Source of the DNA: a virus
Lineage: Duplodnaviria > Heunggongvirae > Uroviricota > Caudoviricetes
Virus record (IMG/VR): IMGVR_UViG_3300042891_002161
DNA: 64,000 nucleotides
Reading direction: 5' to 3' (one strand)
Below the pieces are notes generated by a model. It saw nothing but the letters and a program-made list of their open reading frames with translations. It did no database searches and was not told the DNA's origin. A program made the translations under genes and the position numbers. Shown here in pieces: positions 46,501-56,105 of this stretch (positions within the stretch are counted from its first letter, which is position 1; every line of letters begins with the position of its first letter).

Positions 46501-48355
46501 TAGAAACTCTTGGCAGAATGGTATTTTTAGAGATGGTGAGTTTTATAAGAGTGATTGGGAATCTGGTACTTTTGGTGGTGGTAGATTCTACTATTCTAGC
46601 TTTTATGATGGTTATATTAATAATGGTGTTTTAGGAAATGATCAAGTATCAACAGCAGATACTAAAATATACAATGGTACAGTAAGTTATGCAATTGTTG
46701 ATAATGCTACTTTATATGCAATTGATACAAGTTATCCAAAAAATGTTAGTCAGAATATATATTGGTTAGGTGGTAATTTTAACAATGGTGTATTTGGTTC
46801 TGATATAACACAAGGTATTACTCATTCGGCTACTTGGTATAATGGCTCATTCTATGGTGGTCAGTTTATAAGTATGGCTAAATGGAAAAATGGTACTTTC
46901 TACGGTGGTAAGTTTTTATCAGCATATGGTTGGACACAAAGTAATTCAACATCTCAGTTAGATTATGGTTGGGAAAATGGTATATTTAATGGTGGTGAAT
47001 TTGGTAATGCAAATGGCTTAACTAACTCAACTTGGTATACAGGTGAGTTTGATGGTGGTATATTCAAAGGTAGAGTTTGGAATGATGGTGTTTTCACATA
47101 TGGTGAGTTACAAGGTAGTGGTAGAAGCAATCCAGTGTCTGGATTGACTTGCTCAAATGCTAATTTCTTTGTTGACGCATTCAGTTATTCATATTGGGGG
47201 CTTTGGAGAAATGGTTTAGTTACTAACACAAAAGATAGATTTATTAAAGATAGAAAGTTCTTTACAAGAAAACTTAGATCATTAGTTGTAGAAAGATTTA
47301 ATGCGCCTCCTAAAACGGCAAAAATTAAAAATGCTTTATGGCTATCGGGTACGTTTAGCCATACAAATGGAGAAATGAATAATTCAGTTTGGTTAGATGG
47401 TGCATTTGAAAGAGGTAATTTTAATAATAGTTCGTTTAATCCTTATGTGGAAAGAAGTCAATTTAATATATCCCCTATTGTATATAGTCAGGAGTTATTA
47501 TATAACGGTGGATTTACACCTAGTGTGGGATGGGCTACTTCATCTACATCTACAGGAGGTTATTATGCAACGTTCAGTGCTGGATTTGGATCACCAACAT
47601 TTAGTTTAGCACATTATGTGGGTGGTTTATCATCATCTGGATTATATCTATATAATACAGTTACTAAATTAAATCCTGGTAAATACGAATTTGATTTAAA
47701 TATACTAACACACTCATCTAATATAAATCTAAAAGTAAATATAGGAACATATTCTTACTTTAATTCGTCAGCTCCACTAACTTTAGGATCAAATATATTT
47801 AAAGCTAAAACAAATGGAGGTAGTGTATCATTATATGTTGATACTAATGGCGCGGGTGGTTCAATATCTATTGATTCTCTTTCTATAAAAGAAATATTAC
47901 CTTCATTTAATTTAAATGATGACACTTGTTATTGGGAAAATGGAAAACTAGATAATAGTGACTTTTACATATCTAAATGGAAAAATGGTACATTTAATAT
48001 AGGCACTGCATCTGGTATGATTTGGCAAAATGGTATTTCTAACTATATGAATGCGTTTAATGTTTTCTGGGAAAATGGAACTTGGAGAAATGGCAACTGG
48101 TATGGTTCATCTTTTGAATATAACGGCACAATTACAAGTGATTATGTTTTACAAATGTTATATAGAGGTATGTCTTGGAGTGGAACATCATCGGCCCATA
48201 TCTGGAATATATTTTTAGATACAGCTGATAATGAAAAAACAATAGCATCAGCACCCGCATCAACTGTAAGTCTTTCAGCAGGACCATCTGTTCCTGTCTC
48301 TGGTTGGTCATCTGTTTCACAAGGTGGTGGCGGTGGTGGTGGCTCAACATATTAA
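43559..48355 (+). CDS. giant fibre-like structural protein (1598 aa) with W-x-N/D/S-G-x-F-x-G-G repeats and a poly-Gly C-terminus
   Basis: Dozens of repeats (WNSGIFGQYY, WENGIFNGGEFG, WYTGEFDGGIFKG, WQNGIFRDGEFYKSDWESGTFGGGRFY). Ends GGGGGGGSTY. Confidence 0.65.
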   Translation: MPTYSVDINVRKKIFNIPLDPISISYTEPSSNVPTLTNSSIRTIANTIATRPQLITRAQLQSLGNNINLVGYDPLIGLVTNSNKTFSPKLLNWVEPYDLNASGTYKTIFYTEVNSELKVGDKVFILNGNYDSDLLIQKNKYKKGRDGYKVLYVDKCKIALDIDYTGVLPYKSSIDDDFIKIYYIRNQSEFLHANRSVTTKSGKFENKFSYYNNNIIYVDSAYTTTEFWGINTGVAGPGFYVRSSTASWTNITTPFITTGSYSYATQSVSNRVKVMNADFTYNGKEYKEGFIYKWFVGPTQSEWITDVTYFPPYISKSNFRDGVFNGKWNSGIFGQYYKKINWFGNGSVWNVGTLINTDWKKGTLDSLYTASQSYFSGFDNNGLPYQKANSPNNAGRGYNFVLNSNINQSTIVNGSIYNTKIGTQSTATYSIVENEILEYNTTYLNTIKSAFFNKCEFNNSFIENSELKNTIANNSKFEKVKSINSYFNKSVLKDSSYNSDNIIKIFAYDELTASESPSLAGLTYSNINDVVQKVYKFYIDKNGYERLRTGDAFYLKGIKINDNKKEVINFFDKKFKIGSWTEYIESDFGTVVNGKRGYQYSAFLSSPLDNSYKFTSATFSETSGIKYQTIAYTNNNNSNYYSIDLWVSNYDINNSNTGGENLNFNTGMTVYGASQLQGPKNLGNIVDVTSAYIVDADFDSGLMENSDWNSGSHIESNNDNNITIPSLSGGTYSLSINSSNYIVATTSYSSNYSESDLIEVGDIVFLDSVDFSYGSTTAGLQDAYKVMSNSNGVYQLKEIGTVSNIIGLYGLNGYFHTYGAENRYGHIKKLKINKTNIKSGFLRRSYITGSLIQNLELNYLDKDLSNLENIKSLVVSDSIFSGSENILSNATYENSFFLNIVKELDGNGSDVWNSGIIQNSIWVSGVFSNGVIRDSRWIDGVFLNGWFYNSRTFNGNATVSNPYYYSENINSYYRKGLLPNNRNSWQNGIFRDGEFYKSDWESGTFGGGRFYYSSFYDGYINNGVLGNDQVSTADTKIYNGTVSYAIVDNATLYAIDTSYPKNVSQNIYWLGGNFNNGVFGSDITQGITHSATWYNGSFYGGQFISMAKWKNGTFYGGKFLSAYGWTQSNSTSQLDYGWENGIFNGGEFGNANGLTNSTWYTGEFDGGIFKGRVWNDGVFTYGELQGSGRSNPVSGLTCSNANFFVDAFSYSYWGLWRNGLVTNTKDRFIKDRKFFTRKLRSLVVERFNAPPKTAKIKNALWLSGTFSHTNGEMNNSVWLDGAFERGNFNNSSFNPYVERSQFNISPIVYSQELLYNGGFTPSVGWATSSTSTGGYYATFSAGFGSPTFSLAHYVGGLSSSGLYLYNTVTKLNPGKYEFDLNILTHSSNINLKVNIGTYSYFNSSAPLTLGSNIFKAKTNGGSVSLYVDTNGAGGSISIDSLSIKEILPSFNLNDDTCYWENGKLDNSDFYISKWKNGTFNIGTASGMIWQNGISNYMNAFNVFWENGTWRNGNWYGSSFEYNGTITSDYVLQMLYRGMSWSGTSSAHIWNIFLDTADNEKTIASAPASTVSLSAGPSVPVSGWSSVSQGGGGGGGSTY

Positions 48356-48403
48356 CACCCGTAAGATAATAAAATTAATATATAATAAAAATTAAAAAAT
48401 TAA

Positions 48404-51400
48404 ATGAGTACATATTGGATTTATAGTAATTCACCTACACCAGGTAGAATGCAGATAGACGGATCTATAGGTGATGTCAACACTGTGTACCCAATGACTC
48501 ATTATGGAGCAACACCATATACATATAGTATTAAGAAAAGTTATCAAATTGTAACACATGTTGTTAAATCATATGTAGCCTCTGCATCATTTTCGGTAAC
48601 ACCTGGTGATTGGACTGATACATTAAGGTATTCGGGAGGAATGACACCTAGTGGTGATCCAGGTACTTATTCTCAAACTTTTTTACATTACTCATCTCCA
48701 TCTTCACCAGTAACAACAAATTCTGAGGTTACTTATAGAGCTAATGGTACTTTTAGTAACACAGCACCAAATAAGCCAGGTATAACTGATTTTAAAATAA
48801 ATGAAATAGATTTTAGTATTCAAGGTTTTGCTTATTATAAATTAAAAGATAGAGAATTACAACCTGATATTACTAACTCATTAGGTTGGTACTATGATAA
48901 AGACCAAGATGTATATAACTGGTATGATAGAATAACTGGTTCGCCTTCTAGTGATGTTGATGCTAAGGCAATTGGTTATTTTCCAGTTGGTGGACCAAAT
49001 AATTCTAAAGTGGCTGATATTGGATATAGATTGAATAACTATTTAATTAAGTTAGTGCCATATTCATATTATAACCTATACTTTAACTATCAAAATTTAA
49101 GTAATTTTCCTCTAAAAGTATATACATCACTTACATCACCAAGTAGTCTACCATCTACTTGGAATAGTAGTTTATATACACCACCGACTGATGCTATTTT
49201 ATTAGCAACAATAACTCAAAGTATATCATATACAAGTCATTCTTTTTATGGACTAAAAGGAAATCAATATTTATACTTTGTTGGTGGTTTTGCTGGTGTA
49301 ACTGCATCAGGTACAACATACTCATTAATAAACTTAAAAAGTCTTAAAGTAGAAGGTGGTTATCATCCAGGTAATAATAGAAGATATGCAATGACAGTTG
49401 GTAATTACTCAAGTACTACACTGACTAGTTTGAGTGGTGCGACATATACAGCTTTTGTGGGTAGTGGTAATACTATAAATGCCACAGCTTCATTATCGGT
49501 TGGTAAAATATTTTCAAAAATAGGAAATGGTACTTTCAATGCTGGTATATGGGAAAATGGAGTTTGGAATAGTGGATGGAGAGTAGACACAAATATGTCA
49601 GTTTTTCACAATATACAACAATTTTTTACATATAATAGACACAAAAGATGGAGAGTACAAATATCAGGACCGACATCATCGGTTGCAAACTTCAATATAG
49701 GTGATAATGTATCAATTGGTAACATAGTTGCAATAGATATAAATGAAGACAGAAAATTACTAAAGAGCTATTATACTATTATTAATAAAACAGTAGATAC
49801 TATAATAGTGGAATTTGATAATAACTTTCCTATAAGAAGAATAGAAAAAGACTCTGAAAATCATAGAATTTATATAACTAAGAATGTTTGGTTATCAGGT
49901 GCATTCTTAAATGGCTATTTCAAAGGAATTTGGAATTATGGTCTATTCAAAGGTTATCCTTTAATTACTGAGATGTATGATTCGCACTGGATTGATGGAA
50001 CATTTGATGGTGGTCACTTTAATACATCATTATATTTAATTCCTGACTTTACTTCAACATCATCAGATAATGGTAAATTAAAATTAACTTTCACTCAGTC
50101 TCACGGGTTAGCTGTTAATGATTTGATAAATATAGATAAAAATAATAAATCAATTAACATAGAATATGACGGAGACCACTATGTAACATCTATTGTGAGT
50201 GATTATCAAGTAGTAACCGATGTTGATTATGGAGTAGATTCATCACTAGAAGGTGGTAAAATTACAGCAGATTTATCAAAAGGTGTTTTACAAAATGTAA
50301 ACTTTAAATCAAATAATATATCAAAAATTACATCAAACACATCAATAGAAAGTGATGCTGTTTTTATTTATAATTCTTGGATAGATGTAACATATAATAA
50401 TTCGTATGCCTCAAATATAGGCAAACCTCAAACTTTATTAAATACATTATCTAAAAAATCATATTCAGAAAATAACTTATATGGTTATATAACTAAAGAT
50501 GTGTTAGAAAGTGATTCAACATTTAGAGATAGTTTTTCTACCACAGTTAGAAAATATAGACTTGGTACAAAGTACAAGATATTTGGTGATTTTATTGGTA
50601 ATGCTGGAAACTTTGAAGATGAATTTAGCAGTACTTCTCTTGTTGGTTCAGCAGGAGCAACGCCCTCTTTCACTTCATCAGGTGAATCAGAATCAACATT
50701 TATAAAATATGGTTGGACATTTTCTAGATGGGATAGTTCAGCTTTAACATTCTCAAGAACTACGGATTTAGGTATTCAAAGTATAATTGGAGAAGAGCTA
50801 AAGGTACAAGCTATTTCAAGTGGTGGTATATTAGATATTACACCATTAAGTGATATTTATGTTGAAAATAAATTAGAGGAAGAAGTAAAAAAACTAAGAT
50901 ATACTAAAATTGAATTTGATTTAGTAACATACTCTAATAATATTGCTAAAAATAGTTACAAATATATTGATTTTGGTTTTGGGCCTTTTTCAATTCTAAA
51001 ACACATACCATACTTATATAAACTTCCTTCTATAAGCGGTCAATATTTATATGAACCACATATACATTTTAATAATTTAAACTATGTTAATAGATCATCA
51101 AATTCATCAGTTTTTGTTGCTACAGCATCTGTAGTATATCCAGCAACTTATCTACCGATATATGAAAATATTAATCATATTGCAACTAAAAAGAAAAGAA
51201 AAGTTGAATATTTTTATAATAAAAGAAACCTATCAATGCACTTTTATGGTATAGCTCCAACATTACCAGATACAGCAGAGTATATAATTGATAACCTACA
51301 CTTTTATGAAGTAGATATGATACCATTTTTTCAGTATTTTACAGATGATAATATCAACAGAGGTGTTCAAGTTCCATTCCAAGGTATATCACCATTTATT

Positions 51401-51625
51401 GATTATTCAAATGCTAGTTTTAATTTCATTGATAATATATCAATTGGATTAGATAGTATTCAAACTCAAAATTCTAATACTGTAGTTAGTGGAGTTGGTA
51501 TTGGTATTGGATCTGTTGGTTTTGGTAGCATGCAGTCTAATGTGCAAGATGTTGCTTTAATTGGCGGTGGTGCCATTTTTGGTGGTGGCTCTGTTGGTGG
51601 TGGTGGTGGTGGCTCACCAAGTTAA
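48404..51625 (+). CDS. giant fibre-like structural protein (1073 aa), paralogue of the upstream gene
   Basis: Same W-x-N-G-x-F/W repeat family (WENGVWNSGWR, WLSGAFLNGYFKGIWNYGLFKG, WIDGTFDGGHF). Ends GGGSVGGGGGGSPS. Confidence 0.65.
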   Translation: MSTYWIYSNSPTPGRMQIDGSIGDVNTVYPMTHYGATPYTYSIKKSYQIVTHVVKSYVASASFSVTPGDWTDTLRYSGGMTPSGDPGTYSQTFLHYSSPSSPVTTNSEVTYRANGTFSNTAPNKPGITDFKINEIDFSIQGFAYYKLKDRELQPDITNSLGWYYDKDQDVYNWYDRITGSPSSDVDAKAIGYFPVGGPNNSKVADIGYRLNNYLIKLVPYSYYNLYFNYQNLSNFPLKVYTSLTSPSSLPSTWNSSLYTPPTDAILLATITQSISYTSHSFYGLKGNQYLYFVGGFAGVTASGTTYSLINLKSLKVEGGYHPGNNRRYAMTVGNYSSTTLTSLSGATYTAFVGSGNTINATASLSVGKIFSKIGNGTFNAGIWENGVWNSGWRVDTNMSVFHNIQQFFTYNRHKRWRVQISGPTSSVANFNIGDNVSIGNIVAIDINEDRKLLKSYYTIINKTVDTIIVEFDNNFPIRRIEKDSENHRIYITKNVWLSGAFLNGYFKGIWNYGLFKGYPLITEMYDSHWIDGTFDGGHFNTSLYLIPDFTSTSSDNGKLKLTFTQSHGLAVNDLINIDKNNKSINIEYDGDHYVTSIVSDYQVVTDVDYGVDSSLEGGKITADLSKGVLQNVNFKSNNISKITSNTSIESDAVFIYNSWIDVTYNNSYASNIGKPQTLLNTLSKKSYSENNLYGYITKDVLESDSTFRDSFSTTVRKYRLGTKYKIFGDFIGNAGNFEDEFSSTSLVGSAGATPSFTSSGESESTFIKYGWTFSRWDSSALTFSRTTDLGIQSIIGEELKVQAISSGGILDITPLSDIYVENKLEEEVKKLRYTKIEFDLVTYSNNIAKNSYKYIDFGFGPFSILKHIPYLYKLPSISGQYLYEPHIHFNNLNYVNRSSNSSVFVATASVVYPATYLPIYENINHIATKKKRKVEYFYNKRNLSMHFYGIAPTLPDTAEYIIDNLHFYEVDMIPFFQYFTDDNINRGVQVPFQGISPFIDYSNASFNFIDNISIGLDSIQTQNSNTVVSGVGIGIGSVGFGSMQSNVQDVALIGGGAIFGGGSVGGGGGGSPS

Positions 51626-51655
51626 TGTCTTTTTCAAAAATAAAAATAAATAACA

Positions 51656-52357
51656 ATGGCTTATAACCTTACAATAGATTTAGATAAAATAAACGAGATA
51701 AAATTCTCATATCAAGTTGGAATAGTTCAAACTACAACTCCATGGAATAGACCTAGCTATGATGTGATTAAAAAATTCCTACGAGATGATATAGTTCAAT
51801 CAGTTCTAAAAAAATATGATGCTTATATAATAGGTGCTGTTTTATGGGATATGTCAAAGACATGGGATGTTGATATATTTCTTAAAAACAAAAATGATAA
51901 TCATCCAAGCACACTAGAAGAATTTACAATTTTAGAAAATGATATACACATCTTATACGATATAGCTCTAAATAAATACTCAATTTTAGTAGATATTCAT
52001 TATAGAACTGGTGGTCATGAACTTCCAACAAAACAAGAGATTATAGACTATAATTTTGGCAACTTTGAAAAAATGAATGAATGGGTATATCCATCAAATA
52101 TTTCATTTCTTTATAGAATTGGATATACTAAAAAAGTTGTTGGAGATTCCGTATCAGAAACAATATTGTATGATAATGAATTTTTTCCCTTAAATGAAAA
52201 ATTGACAAATTCTTATTTAACAAAAGTTATTATAAAATATCCACTAAAAAATAAAATTATCAAGAGAATTATGAATTCAACAAAAGATGTTATAATACCT
52301 TGTATTAAAGTAGAAGAGTATTTAAGTATGGATATTGATGGTCCAACAAACTTTTAA
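51656..52357 (+). CDS. hypothetical protein
   Basis: 233-aa ORF. Confidence 0.5.
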   Translation: MAYNLTIDLDKINEIKFSYQVGIVQTTTPWNRPSYDVIKKFLRDDIVQSVLKKYDAYIIGAVLWDMSKTWDVDIFLKNKNDNHPSTLEEFTILENDIHILYDIALNKYSILVDIHYRTGGHELPTKQEIIDYNFGNFEKMNEWVYPSNISFLYRIGYTKKVVGDSVSETILYDNEFFPLNEKLTNSYLTKVIIKYPLKNKIIKRIMNSTKDVIIPCIKVEEYLSMDIDGPTNF

Positions 52358-52452
52358 TTTAATAATAGTTAGTATTTAATTAATTGTGCTTATTAAACTT
52401 TTTAATAAATTTCATATAAAAATGATAATTCTAAAAATATAAATAGTAAGCT

Positions 52453-53091
52453 ATGAAAAGTAATATTCCAAAGATTATACATCAAATATGGATAGGTGAA
52501 AATGAGATGCCATCACATTGTGTTCAATTTACAAATGAAATGAAACAAATTAATTCTGATTGGGAATATCACCTATGGGGTAACGAGCTTTTAACAGATG
52601 TTTATAAAGATGATCTATTTCTACAAAATTATATTAAAAATCCTGATTTATATAAGTGGGCGTTCATATGTGATAGAATTCGTTTGTTATTGTTAAGAGA
52701 TTTTGGTGGTATTTATGTTGATGTTGATGCTAGACCAATAAGGTCGTTTGATATAATTTTAGATAAGTTACAACCAAATCATACATTTTTCGCAGGACTT
52801 AAACCAAGTCAAGAAAACAATACACTTATAGATTGTACTATATATGGATCAGCACCAAAATCTAGAGCAGTTACTCTTTGTTTAAATACATATAATAATA
52901 TAAACTGGGCAAATGGATGTAGAATGTTCAGTGATGTTTTAATTCAGAATATGGATGTTGATATTGCTTTATTTAATTATAAATGGTTTTATAATTGGGA
53001 TGCAAATGACCAACATACTATAATATTACATGATGTTGAAGAAACCCGATTATTTAGTTGGTTAGGTGAAAATGAGAAAAAAGTATGGTAG
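52453..53091 (+). CDS. glycosyltransferase with DXD motif (Gly_transf_sug/Och1/TcdA-like family)
   Basis: IPKIIHQIWIG...P N-terminus and YKWAFICDRIRLLLLRDFGGIYVDVDA, diagnostic of the PF04488-type sugar-binding region. TATAAATA lies 9 nt upstream of the ATG. Confidence 0.7.
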   Translation: MKSNIPKIIHQIWIGENEMPSHCVQFTNEMKQINSDWEYHLWGNELLTDVYKDDLFLQNYIKNPDLYKWAFICDRIRLLLLRDFGGIYVDVDARPIRSFDIILDKLQPNHTFFAGLKPSQENNTLIDCTIYGSAPKSRAVTLCLNTYNNINWANGCRMFSDVLIQNMDVDIALFNYKWFYNWDANDQHTIILHDVEETRLFSWLGENEKKVW

Positions 53092-53105
53092 TAATTTGAA
53101 AGTTT

Positions 53106-53143
53106 AATTCTAAGAATTAAACTTTCTTTTTTAATAAAAGATA
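53106..53143. terminator. bidirectional terminator between convergent genes
   Basis: GAAAGTTTAATTCtaaGAATTAAACTTTCTTTTTT. Confidence 0.6.
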
Positions 53144-53830
53144 ACCAACCATTCCGGCGACATCTTTAGAGCAATTACCCATAGATTCAATTTTAGTTTC
53201 ATCGCCGGTTAACTTAATACCTGATAGTTTTTGTTTACCTAAGATTCTTTTCTCACCATTACACTTTTTACAAGGTGTTAAACCTACTTTACCTTTACCA
53301 TTACAGAAGTTACAAGAATCACCTTTATAGTCTTTACCTGAACCTTCACAGAAGTCACAACCATCATCAGCATCAAATGTTTTTAGAATATTACCATCAT
53401 TGTCTTTAATAACAATTTTGGCGGAAAGATCTTTACCTGTACCATCACAAGTTTTACATTTAACCCATCTTTCATATTCTAAAGTACCATCAAATTTATC
53501 ACCTATTGTAAGATAAATATCTAAAACTTCATTCTTCTTAAATTTTTCAAAATTTGACTTTTCTTTCTGATAATCAAAATCTATATTAACATCAAATAGT
53601 TCAAAGTATTCATTATAGTTATTACCAAATTTACTTTTAACATCATAGTCTTTTCTTTTTTCACCACAAAGAACATCATATGCCTCTGTCATTTCACCAA
53701 AAGTAACAGGGTTGCCACCTTTATCGGGGTGGTGAGTAAATGATAGTTTATAGTAAGCTTTCTTTATTACCTTTTCATCAGAGTTATTATCAACTCCAAG
53801 AATTGAGTAATAGTTTTTATTCAAATTCAT
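53117..53830 (-). CDS. DnaJ-type J-domain protein with CxxCxGxG zinc-finger repeats (short; no C-terminal substrate domains)
   Basis: J domain YYSILGV...AYYKLSFTHHPDKGG (HPD). Four CxxCxGxG repeats (CKTCDGTGKD, CDFCEGSGKD, CNFCNGKGK, CKKCNGEKR). Confidence 0.8.
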   Translation of the reverse strand: MNLNKNYYSILGVDNNSDEKVIKKAYYKLSFTHHPDKGGNPVTFGEMTEAYDVLCGEKRKDYDVKSKFGNNYNEYFELFDVNIDFDYQKEKSNFEKFKKNEVLDIYLTIGDKFDGTLEYERWVKCKTCDGTGKDLSAKIVIKDNDGNILKTFDADDGCDFCEGSGKDYKGDSCNFCNGKGKVGLTPCKKCNGEKRILGKQKLSGIKLTGDETKIESMGNCSKDVAGMVGYLLLKKKV

Positions 53831-54032
53831 AGAATCCTATTTCTTTTAATTTTTGTTTCATCTCTTGTTTATCTTTTACTTCACTAATAATATCACAAAC
53901 TTGGTGAGATATACCATCACACTCTATAATAAGAGCATCAGGCTTTGTTACATAGCCTATTAAGTAATCTAAGCCATTAGAAGCGGCTGATAATAAACTA
54001 CTTTTACTGATAAATCTTTTATTGAATCCCAT
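53817..54032 (-). CDS. small protein with a DUF559/Vsr-like endonuclease motif fragment
   Basis: DYLIGYVTKPDALIIECDGISHQ resembles the DF....lAIEvDG..H core. Confidence 0.3.
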   Translation of the reverse strand: MGFNKRFISKSSLLSAASNGLDYLIGYVTKPDALIIECDGISHQVCDIISEVKDKQEMKQKLKEIGFYEFE

Positions 54033-54318
54033 CTAATATTTGATTAATTTTCTTTTCTCTTAAAATTGATTTGTTTGTTTTTTCAAACTCACCTTTTTTA
54101 TCTTTATATCCACAATCATTACAAATACTTTGTGATGGAATAGTCGGTTTAGAACCATCTGTTGGTATAAAAAATTTCCATTTTATATTTTTACTTTTAC
54201 AATTAGGACAACCTGATAAATCTTCTATCGGCTTTATAAAGCCAGATTTTTGTAATTTTCCTAAATCATAAGTTTTATTATTTTGATTAGGAAATAAACC
54301 AAGTAATTTATTAATCAT
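54019..54318 (-). CDS. zinc-ribbon protein
   Basis: CPNC...(19 aa)...CNDC. The track start at 54342 overlaps rpsU, so an internal Met is the likely start. Confidence 0.4.
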   Translation of the reverse strand: MINKLLGLFPNQNNKTYDLGKLQKSGFIKPIEDLSGCPNCKSKNIKWKFFIPTDGSKPTIPSQSICNDCGYKDKKGEFEKTNKSILREKKINQILDGIQ

Positions 54319-54499
54319 TATTTCTGTATTTATCTTGAACATACTTAGCTTTGTTAATCTCAGCTCTTCTTTTTACAGATCTTTTAGTGAACTCTTTTCT
54401 ATCTCTTAATTCTCTAAGAGTTTTAGTTTTATCCCACTTTCTTTTAAGGGTTTTAAGAGCTTTCTCAATTGTTGTTCCTTCTACTTTTACTAATAGCAT
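54311..54499 (-). CDS. rpsU: ribosomal protein bS21
   Basis: MLLVKVEGTTIEKALKTLKRKWDKTKTLRELRDRKEFTKRSVKRRAEINKAKY parallels bacterial S21 M..V.V.....E.ALR.FKR.....G.L.E.RRRE.YEKP...RKR. Confidence 0.8.
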   Translation of the reverse strand: MLLVKVEGTTIEKALKTLKRKWDKTKTLRELRDRKEFTKRSVKRRAEINKAKYVQDKYRNND

Positions 54500-54565
54500 A
54501 TTAAAATCTTTTTTTATAGTTTATATATTTAATATATATACTTATATCTATAAAATATAACATAG

Positions 54566-56095
54566 TTGAAAATGATTAAAAAATATTCAGACTTCTTAAA
54601 CGAAAACTTAGAATTCATCATAGAATCTAATGTTGTTTATTCTGATAACTTCAGAAAAGCAATGACCAAAATTGAACACCCAATGGCTAAAGCTATTTTA
54701 GGTGTTGAAAACAATGATATTACGGTTCAGGCTAACTACCTTGATATTGAGTTTTCTAAAAATGATACAATTACTTTTACTCCTGATAGAAAAGCTCAAG
54801 AGATTTTAGGTGATACTAAAGAAGTAGTTAGATTCACTGGTTCTGGTGGTGGTTGGTTAAAACACAAAGACTCAAATGCTAAATTATTTACTCAATTAGG
54901 TTATACATTTGAAGAAGGTTCTGAGCCTTATAAACCAAATTCAAGAGATTTGGGTGAAATAGTTGCTAGAGTTACTTCTGAATCAAGTGGTAAAGTCTAC
55001 GCTTGGGTTAAATTCAAAGATAATTCAGGTAATGATGTTGGTAAAGGTGTTTATAATGTTGAGAAGTTAAGATCTGTTGATGAAAAACTTAAAAAAGTTT
55101 GGTCATCTAATAGACAAGAGGTTAAAGTAGGTAGAGCAATGAGAGCGCTTTTGAAAGCGGCTGGTGCTGAATTTACTGATAGAGATTTTGAACAATTTGT
55201 AAATTTATATAAAGCTACTATTGATAAGATGAATGATAAGTTTTCTTATATTGAAGTTGTTAGAGGTGGAGATATTGCTCACTGGTATCATGCTGAAAAT
55301 TACTTTCAAAGAAGTGGTACATTAGGTTCATCTTGTATGGCTGGTGCTCCAGATAGTTGGTTAGAAGTTTATACCGCTAATCCAGAAGTTGGTTTAGTTA
55401 TTTACAAATCAATGGATGATACTGAAAAGATTATTGGTAGAGCATTACTTTGGAAATTAAAAGATGGTAAAGAATTCTTAGATAGAATTTATACAGTAAA
55501 TGATTCTGATGTTCAATTATTTAGAGATTATGCTAAAGAAAATGGTTGGTACTATAAAGAACATAATAATAGCTCAGATAGTAGTAATGCTATAGCTCCA
55601 GATGGAAGTAGAGTTAGTTTAGACTTAACTGTTAATTTAACTGATGCTAGTATGGATAATTTTCCTTACTTAGATACACTTAAATATTTCAACCCAAGAA
55701 GAAAAACAATTTCAAATGAAGATACTGGTGGATGTTATTTCTTAGAAGATACAGGTGGTGATTATGTTAGACCTTGTGATACTTGTGGTGGATCGGGTAG
55801 AATGGAATGTGGAGATTGTGATGGAAACGGTGACCATCAATGTTCAGATTGTGATGGTGATGGAGAAGTTGATTGTGGTGAGTGTGATGGCTCTGGTAAA
55901 GAAGAATGTTCAAACTGTAGTGGATCAGGAGAAGTAGACGGTGAATCTTGTGGAGATTGTGAGGGAACAGGACAAGTTAATTGTTCTTCTTGTGATGATA
56001 AAGGTAAAATAGAATGTACATCTTGTGACGGAGATGGTAGAGTAGAATGTGGTGAATGTGGTGGTAGAGGACAAGTAGATTGTTACGACTGTTAA
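54566..56095 (+). CDS. CTS-leader protein with nine C-terminal CxxCxGxG (DnaJ-type) zinc-finger repeats
   Basis: N-terminus MKMIKKYSDFLNEN. The C-terminal 100 aa are CDTCGGSG, CGDCDGNG, CSDCDGDG, CGECDGSG, CSNCSGSG, CGDCEGTG, CSSCDDKG, CTSCDGDG and CGECGGRG. Confidence 0.7.
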   Translation: MKMIKKYSDFLNENLEFIIESNVVYSDNFRKAMTKIEHPMAKAILGVENNDITVQANYLDIEFSKNDTITFTPDRKAQEILGDTKEVVRFTGSGGGWLKHKDSNAKLFTQLGYTFEEGSEPYKPNSRDLGEIVARVTSESSGKVYAWVKFKDNSGNDVGKGVYNVEKLRSVDEKLKKVWSSNRQEVKVGRAMRALLKAAGAEFTDRDFEQFVNLYKATIDKMNDKFSYIEVVRGGDIAHWYHAENYFQRSGTLGSSCMAGAPDSWLEVYTANPEVGLVIYKSMDDTEKIIGRALLWKLKDGKEFLDRIYTVNDSDVQLFRDYAKENGWYYKEHNNSSDSSNAIAPDGSRVSLDLTVNLTDASMDNFPYLDTLKYFNPRRKTISNEDTGGCYFLEDTGGDYVRPCDTCGGSGRMECGDCDGNGDHQCSDCDGDGEVDCGECDGSGKEECSNCSGSGEVDGESCGDCEGTGQVNCSSCDDKGKIECTSCDGDGRVECGECGGRGQVDCYDC

Positions 56096-56105
56096 AAATA
56101 TATTA

